Positions 63,721 through 64,000 of a stretch of DNA of 64,000 nt are shown one piece after another. The translations under genes and the position numbers were made by a program. The notes beneath the pieces were generated by a model. It made no database searches and was not told where the DNA came from. It saw only the letters and a program-made list of their open reading frames with translations. Within the stretch, counting starts at the first letter, position 1. The number at the start of each line of letters is the position of its first letter. Origin of the DNA: Octopus sinensis (Eukaryota). The stretch spans positions 12,028,001-12,092,000 of the forward strand of contig NC_043016.1 in assembly GCF_006345805.1 (NCBI RefSeq). Direction: 5' to 3'.

Positions 63721-64000
63721 TGTTGTTCTCAAACATAAATTAATGCTACTTAAACTAAACTGTTTTAATTAAACAGTGATTTATTAAAATCCATTAATGG
63801 GACATCGTACTGATAATAATATCTATTAGTTTCTAAGAATGGAATGTTGTTAGTTTAATTTTCTTTTCATTTTTCTTTCTTTCTTTCTTTTTCTCCACCC
63901 CTACCTCCCCTCCTTATGTAGATACCGACATTCTTTACTGTAGAACTCTTTTTGCTTGCTACTCGGTTACATTACCGATATCAGCCATAATTTCAATGAT

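Noticed and set aside
63116-63772. Poly-I, poly-L and poly-S ORFs
   Set aside because: Trinucleotide microsatellite artefacts.

Overview
AT-rich, intron- and repeat-rich eukaryotic genomic DNA, most likely an octopus (inferred from the tRNA-derived SINE families and microsatellite-tailed repeats). The only host gene I can support is a KIBRA/WWC1 ortholog on the minus strand. Six coding exons (ATG at 46072 down to 4094; 732 nt, 244 codons) splice in frame at canonical GT/AG sites and encode WW1, WW2 and the first coiled-coil; the gene continues beyond position 1. Most of the rest is SINEs, MITEs and decayed LINE, Penelope-like and DNA-transposon fragments, and nearly all supplied ORFs are microsatellite or SINE artefacts. 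Most notable: (i) a 22-copy array of a 93-bp SINE-tail module at 60.6-62.65 kb, whose unit recurs 93/93 identical 36.6 kb away in KIBRA intron 3; (ii) head-to-tail SINE multimers bounded by target-site duplications; (iii) a perfect 47-bp inverted repeat in intron 5; (iv) Penelope-type minimal hammerhead motifs; (v) a SINE-free zone around exon 1 with a CRE and clustered TEAD-type motifs. All family assignments come from motif recognition by eye, not database searches.
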